Shown here: piece after piece, positions 41,911-53,915 of the stretch
How the letters are laid out: each line of letters opens with the position of its first letter
Position numbering within the stretch: position 1 is the stretch's first letter
Source of the DNA: Lama glama
Lineage: Eukaryota
Length of the DNA stretch: 64,000 bases
Assembly (NCBI GenBank): GCA_028534125.1
Contig: CM052816.1
Location: 64,420,001 to 64,484,000, forward strand
Direction: 5' to 3'
The notes under the pieces: model-generated
The model's input: the letters and a program-made list of their open reading frames with translations, nothing else
Databases searched by the model: none
What the model was told of the DNA's origin: nothing
Program-made: the position numbers and the translations under genes

Positions 41911-44088
41911 GATAAATAGGCACTGGGAGAAGGGTGAGGTTTAAGTGTCCCATGGCCAAGTGTTCAATCTCTACAGGGCCCAATGATAGGCCAAGAGCTG
42001 TTTCTTAATGGGTATATAGTTTTCTGCTGCAGGTGACATGGCTGTGCTCCAGAATCCCAGGGGCCTGTGTTCATTCTTCCACTAGACTTGTCATGAATTG
42101 ACACCACTAAGGTCTGCTGTATCACATGGTCCAAGTGTTAGTCAGGGCTTCTTGCACTGAAGCCTGGAATTGTGGCAGAGCCCTTTTCTGCTCTGGGTCC
42201 CATTCAAAGCTGGCAGCCTTCCATGTCACCTGGTACATGAGCCAGAGCATTATTCCTAGTTGTAGAATGTGTTGACTCCAGAAGCAAAAGTGTCCTACTT
42301 CTTTCTTTGCAGTAAAGGCTGCAAGAGACAGTAATTTGTCTTTCACTTTGGAGGGGCTATTCTGGCGCTTCCCTGGCTACTGGACCTCTAAAAACTTCAC
42401 TGAAGTGGCTGGACCCTGAATCTTCATAGTGTTTATCTCCCATCCTCTGGAGTGCATGTATCTTACCAAAGTCTTCAGCATACTGGTCACCTCTTGCTCA
42501 TCTGTCCATTCAGCAAGATGTTGTCAATAAAATGGACCAACGTAGTATACTGAGGGATATTTAAGTGGTCCATATTGCTTCACTTTATATTATGACTGAA
42601 GATGGAACAGGTAACATAGCTTTGAGGCAACACTCAGTCTCAATGAGTATTGTTGACTATTCTTTGTGAATGTGAACTGTTTCTGATCCTCTTTTCCAAC
42701 TGGAATGGAGAAAACACCCATATTGCCAAATCAATCACATACCATGTATCTGAGCCCTTATGAATCTGTTCTAGCAATGAGTCCAACATGGAACAGCTGC
42801 TGTGATCAGGGTCATTACTTGGTTAAGTCAGCAGTAGTCTATAGTCATTCTCTAGGATCCATCCAGTTTCTTTAAGGGCCAGACTGGTAAATTAAAGAAA
42901 CAGGACTGGGATTAGAACCCTGTATCCTTTTGGTCTTAAATGGTGGTACTATTCCTCAGCATTCCCCCAGGATATAATATTGTGCCTGATTTACTATCTG
43001 GGCCGGGGTGACAGGAAGTTTCAGAGGGTTCCATTTGGCAATCCCCATTGTGGTAACTCCTCTACCTCCAGACTGGCATCCATTGCAGTAGTTACTCCAA
43101 CTGTCACAAATAAAAATTCCAACTATGCACTTGGAGAAGGGAAAATGATCACTGGGTGGGCCCACTGTGAGACTAACTTTAGCCAGAACATCTGGTCTGG
43201 TAGGCTGCCATTCTAACAGGAAGGCCATGATGTTGCTTTAGATCTCCCAATATAAACATCAATGCCGATCCTGTCAATAGTCCTCAAAATACCTGTTTTT
43301 TCTTTCCCCAGGGTAGTCACTCAAATAGATGGCCAGAGTCCTTTTGGGGGAACTGCCATGTATTTCTTGCCATGGTGTGGTAGGGTTCTTTCTCCTAGAG
43401 ACCCATTCATATATTCAGTTCTGTATCTGAAAATTGTCTTAGGTCTGGGAACTAAGCAAGAGATCATGACTTTCATTACAGCGACTGCCCTCAGCCTCCT
43501 GTTCCTCTAGTCTGGCCTTTTATGGTAATAGATGTTAATGAGCAGCCTTGTGGACTGCCCATCTATCTTACCCCTAGGGATACATATTGTCTATTAGTTG
43601 TCTCCACAACTCCTCCTGGGTCAAGCTCCTTTGGCTGCAAGAATGACCTTGCCAGTTATTATGGTAATTGTGGCCTTCTAGCTTCTGGCAGTTAAGCACA
43701 ACCACCTGGCCTCTATTTCTTCAGGGCTCTATTATTCCCATGGATGTTAATAAGCCAGCTCAGTGGCTGCTTCTCTTACTTCTCCTTCCCTGGCCTGCAA
43801 ACTTCTTAGTGATGCTGATGCCTCTCTCACCACTGCTTTCCTGATGGCCTTGGATGAATGGTGTATCCTTTGGGCACTCTCATGAAGCATAATCTTCTGA
43901 TGGGTCTTCTCGTCTTATCTGATATATACACTCCAGCATGCCCACTTTGCTTGGCCTCTTTGTTCCTTCCTCCACAGTCTGCCAGTACAACTCAAGACAT
44001 TTTTCACTTTGCTGAAAACTGGCTGCTTTTCCTGCCCTCACTTCCTAAAAGCCATCCCATTAGCAAGTTTTCTCAGACCATTGGGGTC

Positions 44089-44424
44089 TGACTTAGTCAG
44101 TGTGGGCTGCCAAAACAGAAGACCACAGACTGAGTGGCTTAAACAACAAACTTTTATTTCTCACAGTTCTGAAGGCAAGGAAGTCCAAGATCGAAGTGTT
44201 GGCAGATTTGGTGTCTGGTTAGAGCTCACTTCCTGGTTCACAAACAGCTGTCTCTGCAGTGTGTCTTCACTGGAAGGGACAAGTCCACTCTGAGGCCTCT
44301 TTTATCATTCCATTCATGAGGGCTCAACTTTCATGACCTGTCTCCCAGAGGCTTCACCTCCAAATCACATTGGGAATTAGGTTTGAACATACAAATTTTG
44401 GGAAGGCACATTCAGTTTATAGCA
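44089..44424 (-). mobile_element. MLT1A/B-type MaLR solo LTR inserted in the ERVL gag
   Basis: TG...CA ends; 5-bp TSD GGGTC/GGATC (one mismatch); typical MLT1 motifs (ggcttaaacaacaaac, ttctcacagttctg). Confidence 0.85.
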
Positions 44425-44975
44425 GGATCCTTGCTAGGGTGTTAAATCCTCCATACCTGAGAAAGTGCCGCTTGCCAAGTCAACAAATTCTTATTCATCT
44501 AATCTAACTTTCTCACCCTTTGAACATCTTTAAATTTCAGTCCCAGGAGTCCTCTCCTGATTCTGGCCAGTACAGGCCAATTAAACTGTGCAATTTTTTG
44601 GGGGGGAGGGTTGTCTCTTTCCTTCCTTATCAGACCCAGCACGTCCCAGCTGGGCTATGCTAGGATTTACCAGTTACTGGATTTGTTATTGGTTAGATAT
44701 TGGCTTGGCAGCCAGGAAAGAAGGAGGTGGGCAGCGTAGGGAAGTAGGGCTAGTGCCTTGTGGGCAAGAGGCTTCTGTAGTATCTTTCAGCACAGCAAAC
44801 ATGCTAGCTCTCACTAAATAAAGATTACCTATCTGCCAGCCCTGATGGTCCAGAGGGAGTCTTAGGGGCATCCATCCAGATGACCCCATCCCATTGTTTA
44901 GGATCCTAGGTTTCCCCACTTTCACATTAACAGACCTGTCCTGGCTAAACATTCACTGCTCAAATGCCTCTGGAG

Positions 44976-45068
44976 CTAACTCTTCAGTCTGCAACTCAAC
45001 TGAGTGTTGTCTTCCACTATCACCTAACTCTTCAGTTTGCAATTCAACTGAGTGTTGTCCTTCCACTA
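44976..45068. repeat. Imperfect tandem duplication (period 48) in ERVL gag
   Basis: ctaactcttcagt(c/t)tgcaa(c/t)tcaactgagtgttgtc at 44976 and 45024. Confidence 0.9.
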
Positions 45069-45425
45069 CAGGTGATAAAGGCCTCTTTCAAGCTACCACA
45101 GAGGCTCTAAGGTCTCACACTTAGCTACTGCTTGTTAACAGCTGTTTCTTGTTTTCCTTCAGCAGTGCCCCAATACAACTTACAGTAATCAGCCAACTCT
45201 GTTGTCTTGGTAGGTATTACTCCTCCCATATTTTTCAAATACCTGTATAATCACACCTACAACAGTTCCCCTTCACTTGAATATTGTCTCAAGTCAACAC
45301 TGGTGAAACCTTAACAATTAACCTGCAACCTTATGCCAGGGGTGATGAGTGCCCCACCTACCCACCAGGGTGGCATCTTCAGGCCAGGTAATGGATGAGC
45401 CTGTTCTGAATCCCAATTTTATCAT

Positions 45426-45825
45426 CCCAGAAGCCAAGATGGAATTAAATGTGAAAGATTTTTATTAGAATATCTGAGAGAAAATGGGGAAGGAACTGGC
45501 AAGACTGTTGCACCAGGATGCAAGTCTGACCCCAAGTGAAAGAGAAGAGGAAGATTAGGTGGACGTGTCCTATACTGCAATGTAGTCTAAGGAAGGCTTG
45601 GCAAGACAAGGGGAGTCCTTGAACCCTCACTGGCCATCAGAGGAGTCTTCTGTCTTGCAGAAATAGGCTGTAGTATCTCTTCTATGCTCAGTTGCTGAGC
45701 TGTGGAAGAAGCGAAGTCTCAGCACAAACGCAGTGATGGATTTCAGAGCACAGCAGCTGAGGCCCTCGGTCAATTATGTTCCTTGCAGTGGGAGTCTGCA
45801 AGGTGCCTTCTCATAGCCACCTCAT
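45426..45825 (-). mobile_element. LTR16-like 5' LTR of the ERVL relic
   Basis: Resembles the LTR16 consensus as recalled; minus-strand AATAAA near the junction with the internal region. Confidence 0.65.
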
Positions 45826-48800
45826 CACCCTAGCAAGAGGCAGAGCTGGGATTTAAACCAGGAAGTTTGGTTCCAGTCTATACTGTCAACCACTGCATTA
45901 AGAAGGCATCTCTTAGAGCTGTAGAGGTCTGAAATAAATGGTCCTCTATCACATCAAAAACTTATACAGCAGGTTGGTCCAGATTTGTAAGAATCATTAA
46001 GCTCCTCTAGGAGTTTGTACTTAATTCTACAGACAGTAAAGCGGGGAGAGGGGCACATCACAGATTAATGTATGTGACTGTATTCCATATGCATTGCATA
46101 TACACTGGAATAATTTACAGACTTACGTGGAACTTTAGTTTCCTGTGTTATAAAAGGGTTTTGCAGTCTTGAAAACAGCTGCAACAATTCCTGGACTGCA
46201 TATACGGTAAGATAATCATTAAGTGCTGACAAAACATTCAAATCTTTTAGGATATAAAAACTTGAAAAAAAATGGACACAGACATTCATTTTCACTATTT
46301 ACAATCATCACTCTTTATAAATTCTTACTGTGGTACAAGGGATCAAAGATTCATTTAATTTTTACTATTCTATTACTAGTATTGAGAGTTATCTTCTACC
46401 ATTTTTATGCAGACGTACTCTTTCACTTATCCATGTGTCAAATAGCCATTTACAGGCTAAATGTGGAACTTAACCACTATTTATAACACAACTCCCTGGG
46501 AATCTGTATAGGCTCCCAACAATCAACTTACAAATGAATTCTATAGAATCCAACCTTTTATAAAAAAGAGGCTACATATTTATTCATTAACTAGTTGGTG
46601 TTGCAAAAAACAGATATTATTAATTCTATTTTATGGACTCAGGAACCCAGGCACAGGAATATTAAATGACTTCTTTGGTCCACATAATAAGATCAAATAT
46701 GAACCTAGAACTAGAGATTAAATCAGATTGTTATACACCGATATTAACAATACAAATCTACAATTGTCATATAGTCTTACAATAGACTATTCAAACCTAG
46801 AGATGAAAAGAATCTCAAGAGAACACTAGTGCAACTTTCTGTATGAAGGTAGGTATTATCATCTGCTTATTACAGAGAATGGAAAATTAGTTGATCAAGG
46901 TCAATTCTAAAAATGAAGGAAAACTCCAAATTTGAAGCCTCCAAAAACTTATCATATGCACCAGTATAATTTATTACACTTCCAGAGGAAATATGTGAAT
47001 CAGAATGGGGTTTCTGGATTTCAGACTGCTTCACTTCCTGACTTTAAGCTTAAAAACATAAACTGTGAACTCAGCAAAAGCAATTTATGAATTTGGGACT
47101 AGGATATGTCTCTAAGTGACGGTTTAGGGAACTATATTTATAGCCTGGCACCAGTAAATTTTTGTTCACTTTTAAAACTGGATTCCAAATATACACATTA
47201 TACTCTGAGGGCTATTAAAGGAAAGAACTAGTTTTTAGAATTAAACTTTGGGATGCAATTCCAAACAATGATTTCCTATGTTCCTTAGTTCTGAATGATA
47301 TGATTATAGTGCAAGATTTTAAAATAAACATAAAAATTAAAAGCAGTGGAAGAATTTTACTAGCAAATAACTACTTGTTACATGTCAGACATCTTTGTAA
47401 AAGTTCTGGATTTCAAATACTTGATCTACAGGCAAACTATACTGTGCCTTTTTCACTAGGGGCTCGAGGTATCTTACTACATGAACATATACAATAATGA
47501 GAGGTATAGAATATTTGTCCTAGGATAAATACATTTTTTAAAAAATGAAAGGATACAAGTCAGGATGAATGTTAGACATGAATTTCAAATTTGGCTCTTG
47601 AGCTTCCCGTCAAATCAAAGGTAAAATTCTTCCTATCAGAAAAGTGGCTTCCAAAACTTGTTTTAGAATTACATTGTAAAATATCTTACATGGGACTTTA
47701 TATAAAGGGCACTGTATGACACAGAGGACAACATACCTGACAATATCATATAGCAAAAACAGTTATGTCTGAGATGGTTACTTCCAGTAGCTTGCTTAGG
47801 TGAAGGTGGAAAGTATCAAATTCAAGTGCTACTCAGTGAAGGTGATGCTACTAGGGGCTGCTTTTGCAATACACATGGTTTCTACACCGAAGGATTCTTA
47901 CACATGAATCAATTTTCTCAGTAGGAGAGCAACCCTTTAAAGGCTAGGAGATGCAGCACAGAAATTAAAGGTGACTTTTCATGGCTGATATAATTACATC
48001 ATTTAGGGGTAAGCCTAATATTTAAACTTTGGGGTTCAGGAGGAAAGCCTAGTGTCTCTCATACTCTAACAGGACTGCAATCCAAGGCTTCAGAAGAATT
48101 TACTGGAAATTTTAACCTTCCAAAAGGTGCTCTCTAATTATAGGGAATTAGTTTGCTGCATGTGCATGTATGCACAGTACATTCTGGAGATACAGAATTG
48201 TAAATAATTTCAGTGTTAAAAACACTCTATTTTCAGTATTATGTGAAGATTTCTATAAACTTCCTAAAGCAGCAATCAAATCACCCATACTGACAGTGCT
48301 CAAACACACTGAAATGTTTCTGAAATGTGCAGAAAGGGCCATGGGCAGCAAGGAATAAACAAAGAAGCAACTGCTATCTAATATTTCTCTTGCAATCTGC
48401 ATTGGGAATCATAAAGTCGGGAAATATCTAGAGAAGGCATCTAGTCTGCATATACGTTCTTACCCCATTTTCAAAGATCTCTATTTAGATCTCTAGTCTA
48501 GCTTGTTCTTATCTTGAATCTTAGCACCTACAGTCTAGGACTAATCCTTTCATCTTATCAATGAAGATGATGAATCACTCTGTTCCTTGAACATACTTTT
48601 ACATACTTGGAAATCCTTAAGAAACTAGTCTTCTTCCATTAACAAGATAACCACAATTATTTTTATCTTTCCCCAAACATCTTATTTACTAACCTTTTAG
48701 ACCCATTCTTCCGAGGGCATCCCTTATTACTTCCAAAACATACTACAAGACTTTGGTACTTTAACATGAGCTTCACAAATTCCTGGGATTTATATTATTT

Positions 48801-51800
48801 CATGATTCATTCAAACACCAACAGTGGCAGTGTTTTATCTTGGAACCAGTTACTCAAAACAATATTCTAGGTACTGTGGTAACTGATTTCATATAGCTTA
48901 CATTCTCGTGGGAAAGAGTAAACAATAAACAGTAAACAAGATGTCAGACTTCAGTGCTGTGGGAAAAAAAAGTGACAGGGGTAGAAAGGGCTTCTGGGAG
49001 GAGGTATTACCTGATTTGAAACCTCTAGAAAGGCAGTGGCTTGCAAAGATGGAGAATAACGGTCCAAGGAATTTTTGGCTAAGGTAGGTTTCACTGGTTA
49101 TTCTGCTTATATATACGAATATACATATTGAGTTATATGATCTTTCACTGCTCCCTACTGAATCATCTTATTTTGAAGACAATTTCTCTTTTAAAAGCTT
49201 TTCAGTACCTCCTTAATTGGTATATCCCATACAGTTTAAGAAGCATGCCTTTGAAACAAGTATTTCATAATAATATTAGCTAATTATTTAGTTTAGGATG
49301 TGTGTCTGCCAAATTACATTTAACAATGGGTGAAAAATAACAATATTCCGAAAAAAAAAAAGGTCTTTGTGTTGCTGGATAGGCCCGAATGAATTTTCCA
49401 GATGCTTTCTTTGTAGGCAAAATAGGCTGAAAGCAAACCGGCAGAGTATGACCCATCCAGAAAATGAGGCAGAACGGAGGATGGAAGGTGGAGCGAATCA
49501 CTGATGGGTTGGTCTAACAGTAGTGAAAGTGTCCAAGAGAGAAGCAGAAACTGACAGGTCTTGTGTGTTGGATGAAGAAAACCTTTCATACCACATGAGC
49601 TCTGAGACATGCTGCCACCACCTGGGCAATAGGCAATTTTGAACTATGGGAAGATTTTAGTTGTGATTATTAGTTAATTAACAATTACAGAATAAAAAAT
49701 ATATTTTAATTTTATGAAATCAGCATTTTGGTCTAGTCTTTGGACATCAAAAAAAGAGCAGGGATTTTCTTGGCCAAATCTGTTTAGAATACTGCTCTAC
49801 TTCTTTAAAGTCTCTGGTTCCTTATCTGTAAAATGGGTAAAAGATTACCATCCTGCAGGGTCATTTAATCTCAGGATTAGTGATAATATATGTGAAGCAC
49901 TAGCCTAGTACCTGGTACATAGTAAGTACTCAATAAATATGTATTATTTAAATGTATTATTCTGTAGTATGATCTTCTAAATACCACTAAGACCTGACTT
50001 ACTTTTTTTTCACATAAATGTACCTATTAAGCAATGTATCTACATTGTTTTAATGGAAGGAAAAAAACTCACAAAACTTAGAGAAGAAATCAATTTCATC
50101 AAAATAAATTATATGTGATGTTACTGCAGGGAAATAAGCACAAAATGTTCAGCAGGTGAGAAAGCTCTCAAAATCTTTAGTTAAGTCTAGATTATTGTAA
50201 TATAATCTTATTCAGGTTTTATTCATTCATAATTTTGACATTGGTCAAGGTGAAAGGTAACTTTGTACCATCTAAAAGACTTTTTAAACCAACAAATGAA
50301 AGACTACGCCTTACCTTCTTAGGAGGAAAAAACAGAAATTTGTAAGGCTCCATTTTCAAAATATAATTGCAAAATAGTAACTAGTGTGGATGGTGATGTG
50401 ATATACTACAAAGGAATTATCCTTATGCAAAGACAAGCCTTCCTTAATTAACAGTGCAAGGTTTAGTTAATTTGGTTAAAGTTACATGGACAGTAAGATT
50501 GTATTTCTTAAAAATAAATACAAGCAGACCATATTTCCTTGTTAGTTTAAGTTGGTATTCTGAGAAACATTTGAGAGATAAAAGCCCAATTAAGGATCTT
50601 TCAAATAAAGAACAAGCCCTTAAGCAAACTGGCTATGTTTCCATTAAACTCCTTATTCTGCTGCTGCTTATGAAGTTAGAAAAATGGCCAAATCCAGTCC
50701 AATCAACAGAATTTTCAAGCTGAAAGAACCTCAGAGATAATCTAGTAGCTTTCTACATACAAGAGAGGAAACAGGCTCAGAGTGACTTATCAGAGTATCA
50801 GATCAGCAGAGACAGGGTCTGTAAATCTCAATTCACAAGCTAAGATTCCTCACTCTACAAAGTAGTCCACTGCATCTGAACCAATCTTGACACCACTTTT
50901 CATTAAGGCAATGCAGGTAGCAGTAGGAAGCTCTGCTGTGGTAATCCCCATGCTATTCCTGGGCTTGCAGCATGCCCCAGAACTGGAAGCTAGATCAGGA
51001 ATATTAGACTGCGAAGGCCTGGTTTACACTAGAGCCAAAGAGCTACAGATGCTTCCTTCTTATGTGCCTTTCCTTCCAGCCTAAGACTGCTATGCATTCC
51101 ACAAGGGATGCAGCAGAGCAAACTACTGGGGAGGCAGTGATTAGGAAAACTGTCTAACCATTATTAAAATAACACATACACATACTGGCCTCTGGAGTGA
51201 AGGATGTTAAAATAAATTCTGACTCTCTCTTGGAAATACTATTTGGGCAAATTTTTAAAAATCACCGAGTCACCACCAGCAAGTCAGGTTTTCAGTACAC
51301 ACAATCCAGTGACTGAGCCTACTTTTTCTGGCTACTACAGGTACAGGCTAGGTCCAAGCTGCACACGCTTTGAAACCATCATCCAAGTTTTCAAAGAAGA
51401 ATCAGTAAGAAAACAACCGCTGCTTATACAACATACAAACATTAACATATGCCCAACGAACTGTATTTTAGATCATTAGATTATTTTCCAAAAGCCTGTT
51501 CCCTGGTAAATAATAGTTACTGTTGTTATACATAAACTAGTTATACATGTCACAGCTTGTTCCTCAAAGAGAACATTCTATAGTCTTTCAAGAATAAAAA
51601 CCTGCTTTATTTGGCACACAACACTGAAGAGGTCTTGCAACATTTGAAGAGGTAGTCAAACAGAGCAATTCAGTGCAAGGGATCACAAAATTTGATCACC
51701 AACCAAACCTGAATTAATCTCTCAGTTCCTGTAGATTAGAAGATAATATTAACTCATTCTTTCTGCTTGTTGACTTTTGCATCCCTTTATTTGTGTATTG

Positions 51801-52099
51801 AAAGAACAAGTACCTCTGTGGGAACTCTGTGCCCAGAAAGCTTGATTATTTATCAAGTTTACTTTGGGCAAGTATCCATCATTCTCTTGTGAAATGAATG
51901 AGGTTATTAAATTAAGCAAACAGCAAAAACCCCTCTTCACACAGAGTGCATTTTCCCTTAGTAATAAGGTTCAGTGGATACACCAAGGTCCAACTGCTGC
52001 TTTGTCTCCTCGACGTGAGGATTTAACTACTGTCCAACCAGAAGATGTGAGGGGCAAAGGGTGGGGTGTGAACGAGAGGAACTCACTAGAATCCTTTAG

Positions 52100-53300
52100 G
52101 AGTCGCTATGTGACCCTCACCTTGACTCTGGGCGGTTTGTGGGGACCAACTCCTTTCTCGCTGCCGCTCTTTGGTTGGAGTTTCCGGGGGTCGCGCACCT
52201 CACCCACCGGGGCTCTCCACCAACGGCCGGGCTCCTGCAGGGGAGGGGCTGTTCCCCGGCTGACTTCGGGGGCAAAGGTAGGGGCTCTCAGCGCTTCCGG
52301 ACCGGCCCCGGGAGGCCGCAGCCCACCCGCGCCTCGGGCAGGAGGCCACCCCAGCAGGAGGTGCAGGACGCGGGCTCCGAGCCAGAGAGCAGCCGGGCGC
52401 CACCGTTCGCCCCGCGCGGCCTCACCTGCCGCTCCCCAGAAAGCCGCCGCCACCCCACCCTCCCCGCGTCCTCGAAGTCCGGCGTCCGGTACTACACAGC
52501 AATGGCGCAGCCGGAAACTGGCCCCCCGACTTCCTCAGGCCCGATCCAGGCGAAGGCCGGCCAGTGGGCGGGTCGGGAAAGCCGCGGCTTCCGCCTTCCT
52601 GCTTCCGGCCTGGCGGTGAGTTGGGAGTAGGGGTCCGAGTGCCCCGTCTCGGGCGCGACGTAGGGGAGGCTGGTGGCTGCCGCTTCAGTGGTTTTACCCC
52701 CGTACCCAGCGGAGGAGGTCACGGCGCCGGGGGCGCCAGGTGTGGCGGGGACGACCCCGGATTCCCGAGGACCGCCCGCTCTGCGAGCTGCAACGGGCCC
52801 GCGCTCGCCAAGGCCGACGAGGGTCGGGTGAGCGTGACCCCCGGGCCAGGCGGCAGGGTTGGGTGAGGAAGGAAGGTTGAGCGAAGGGGAAACGCGAGGA
52901 CGGGAAGTGCGGGTGGCGGTGAAGTGCTATCAGTTGCAACTTAAGGCGCCGCCTGGGTCTGGTCTGCAGTTCAAGCCCTGTCGACCCCTTTCAGAAGGAA
53001 GAAGCGTAGTATTTATTCTACGTGTGGGAGGCGCGTACGTTCGTGTCCGAAATTGAGGTGCGCGGCAAATGTGTCTTGTGGACGGTAACTCCTTTCTCTG
53101 TTGATGGGCAGAAACTTTGCCATAACCAGATCCTTCCGCTTTGCTCTTTTATTGCGGAGTTCTTTTGCTTATCTCTGAATCTTGCAATAGTTAATTCATT
53201 AATGGGTTGGAGAGGCTGAAGGAACAGATGGATATTTGTAGAGCCTAGTCGCGACGTGTGTGGGAGTGGCGTACGAACGGTGAGGGGGAGGCTAGGATAT
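52100..53300. promoter_or_regulatory. CpG island / TATA-less promoter of SMIM15, probably bidirectional
   Basis: Abrupt GC- and CpG-rich stretch in AT-rich surroundings. ETS-type CCGGAA (~52512) and CTTCCGG (52602-52608), GC box GGGCGG (52566-52571), YY1-like AATGGCG (52501-52507), ACTACA (52491-52496). Splice donors point outward on both strands. Confidence 0.92.
52570..52615 (+). other. SMIM15: SMIM15 non-coding exon 1 (start approximate)
   Basis: Consensus donor GCG|GTGAGT (GT at 52616) just downstream of the ETS/GC-box cluster. The TSS cannot be determined from sequence. Confidence 0.7.
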
Positions 53301-53915
53301 TTGAGGATATCTTAGGCACTTTAATGTCTTCAGTTGAAAATGTGGAGGAATTGTAATAGGATATAATTAAAACCAGTGGTGGTAATTTTATTTAGGTGAT
53401 GGGACTGTGGGTGATTTATATTTTGTTTTGCGTAGTTTTGATTTTTCTATAAAGAATATAAATTGTATAATGGGGAGACAAAACCTTGACGAGTAAGACG
53501 GTGTTTGATTTTGCAATTGTATACTTAACCCTATAAACAAATTAATTGACATTTTTAGTATAAAAAGTTCAAGATCTGGGAATGGATATGCTGTAACATA
53601 TCAGTGAGCTAACTTTATGTTAGTGAGCTTCGTAATTAATTTTATTGTTGAAATAAGTAATTTAGTAAAATATTTGATCTTCAGTAATTAGGATTTTCTT
53701 ACAGGACATTTGCAATTGTGTAATTATTTCTTTCTTCAAATTAGAAAGAAATATATGTTAAATGTGTATAATGTGCCAGGCAGTTTTACATGTCATTTAT
53801 AGATTGCATATAGAGAATTTAAAATTTTTCCATTTAAAATTGTATTACAATTATCCTTAGAGTTGTGACTTTAACTTTTTCTTTTATCTGTTCTTTTCAA
53901 CCCACCATTATATAG

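Larger units (their letters stand above)
41930..45425 (-). mobile_element. Decayed ERVL (HERV16-like) internal region: gag, protease, RT
   Basis: Minus-strand remnants: gag GKP*DPKQWDGVIWMD (~44.9 kb), VNQAQYYILG (~42.97 kb), GS*RMTIDYC*LNQ (~42.84 kb), LVHFIDNIL (degenerate YIDD, ~42.53 kb), KDKLLSLA...ASFEWDPEQKRAL (42346-42122). Many stops and frameshifts; no integrase or 3' LTR seen. Confidence 0.85.
9186..52426 (-). ncRNA. Putative divergent spliced transcript (position of human SMIM15-AS1); possibly a decayed protein-coding gene
   Basis: Strong first donor CAG|GTGAGG at 52426 and candidate internal exons bounded by AG...GT in unique DNA (e.g. 50405-50315, 46243-46127, 40495-40448, 38203-38007, 22250-22162, 11886-11796, 11362-11290, 9280-9186). 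Extent and existence are inferred. Confidence 0.35.

Noticed and set aside
9400..51900. Fleeting similarity of relic peptides to CatSper auxiliary subunits, TMEM8 or PIG-L HPDD motifs
   Set aside because: Only 3-5 residue coincidences, not collinear; no gene identity can be assigned without a search.
51864..53219. Long overlapping ORFs (up to 251 aa) on both strands
   Set aside because: Low-complexity Pro/Arg/Ala/Gly frames expected from stop-poor CpG-island DNA; they run through splice donors.
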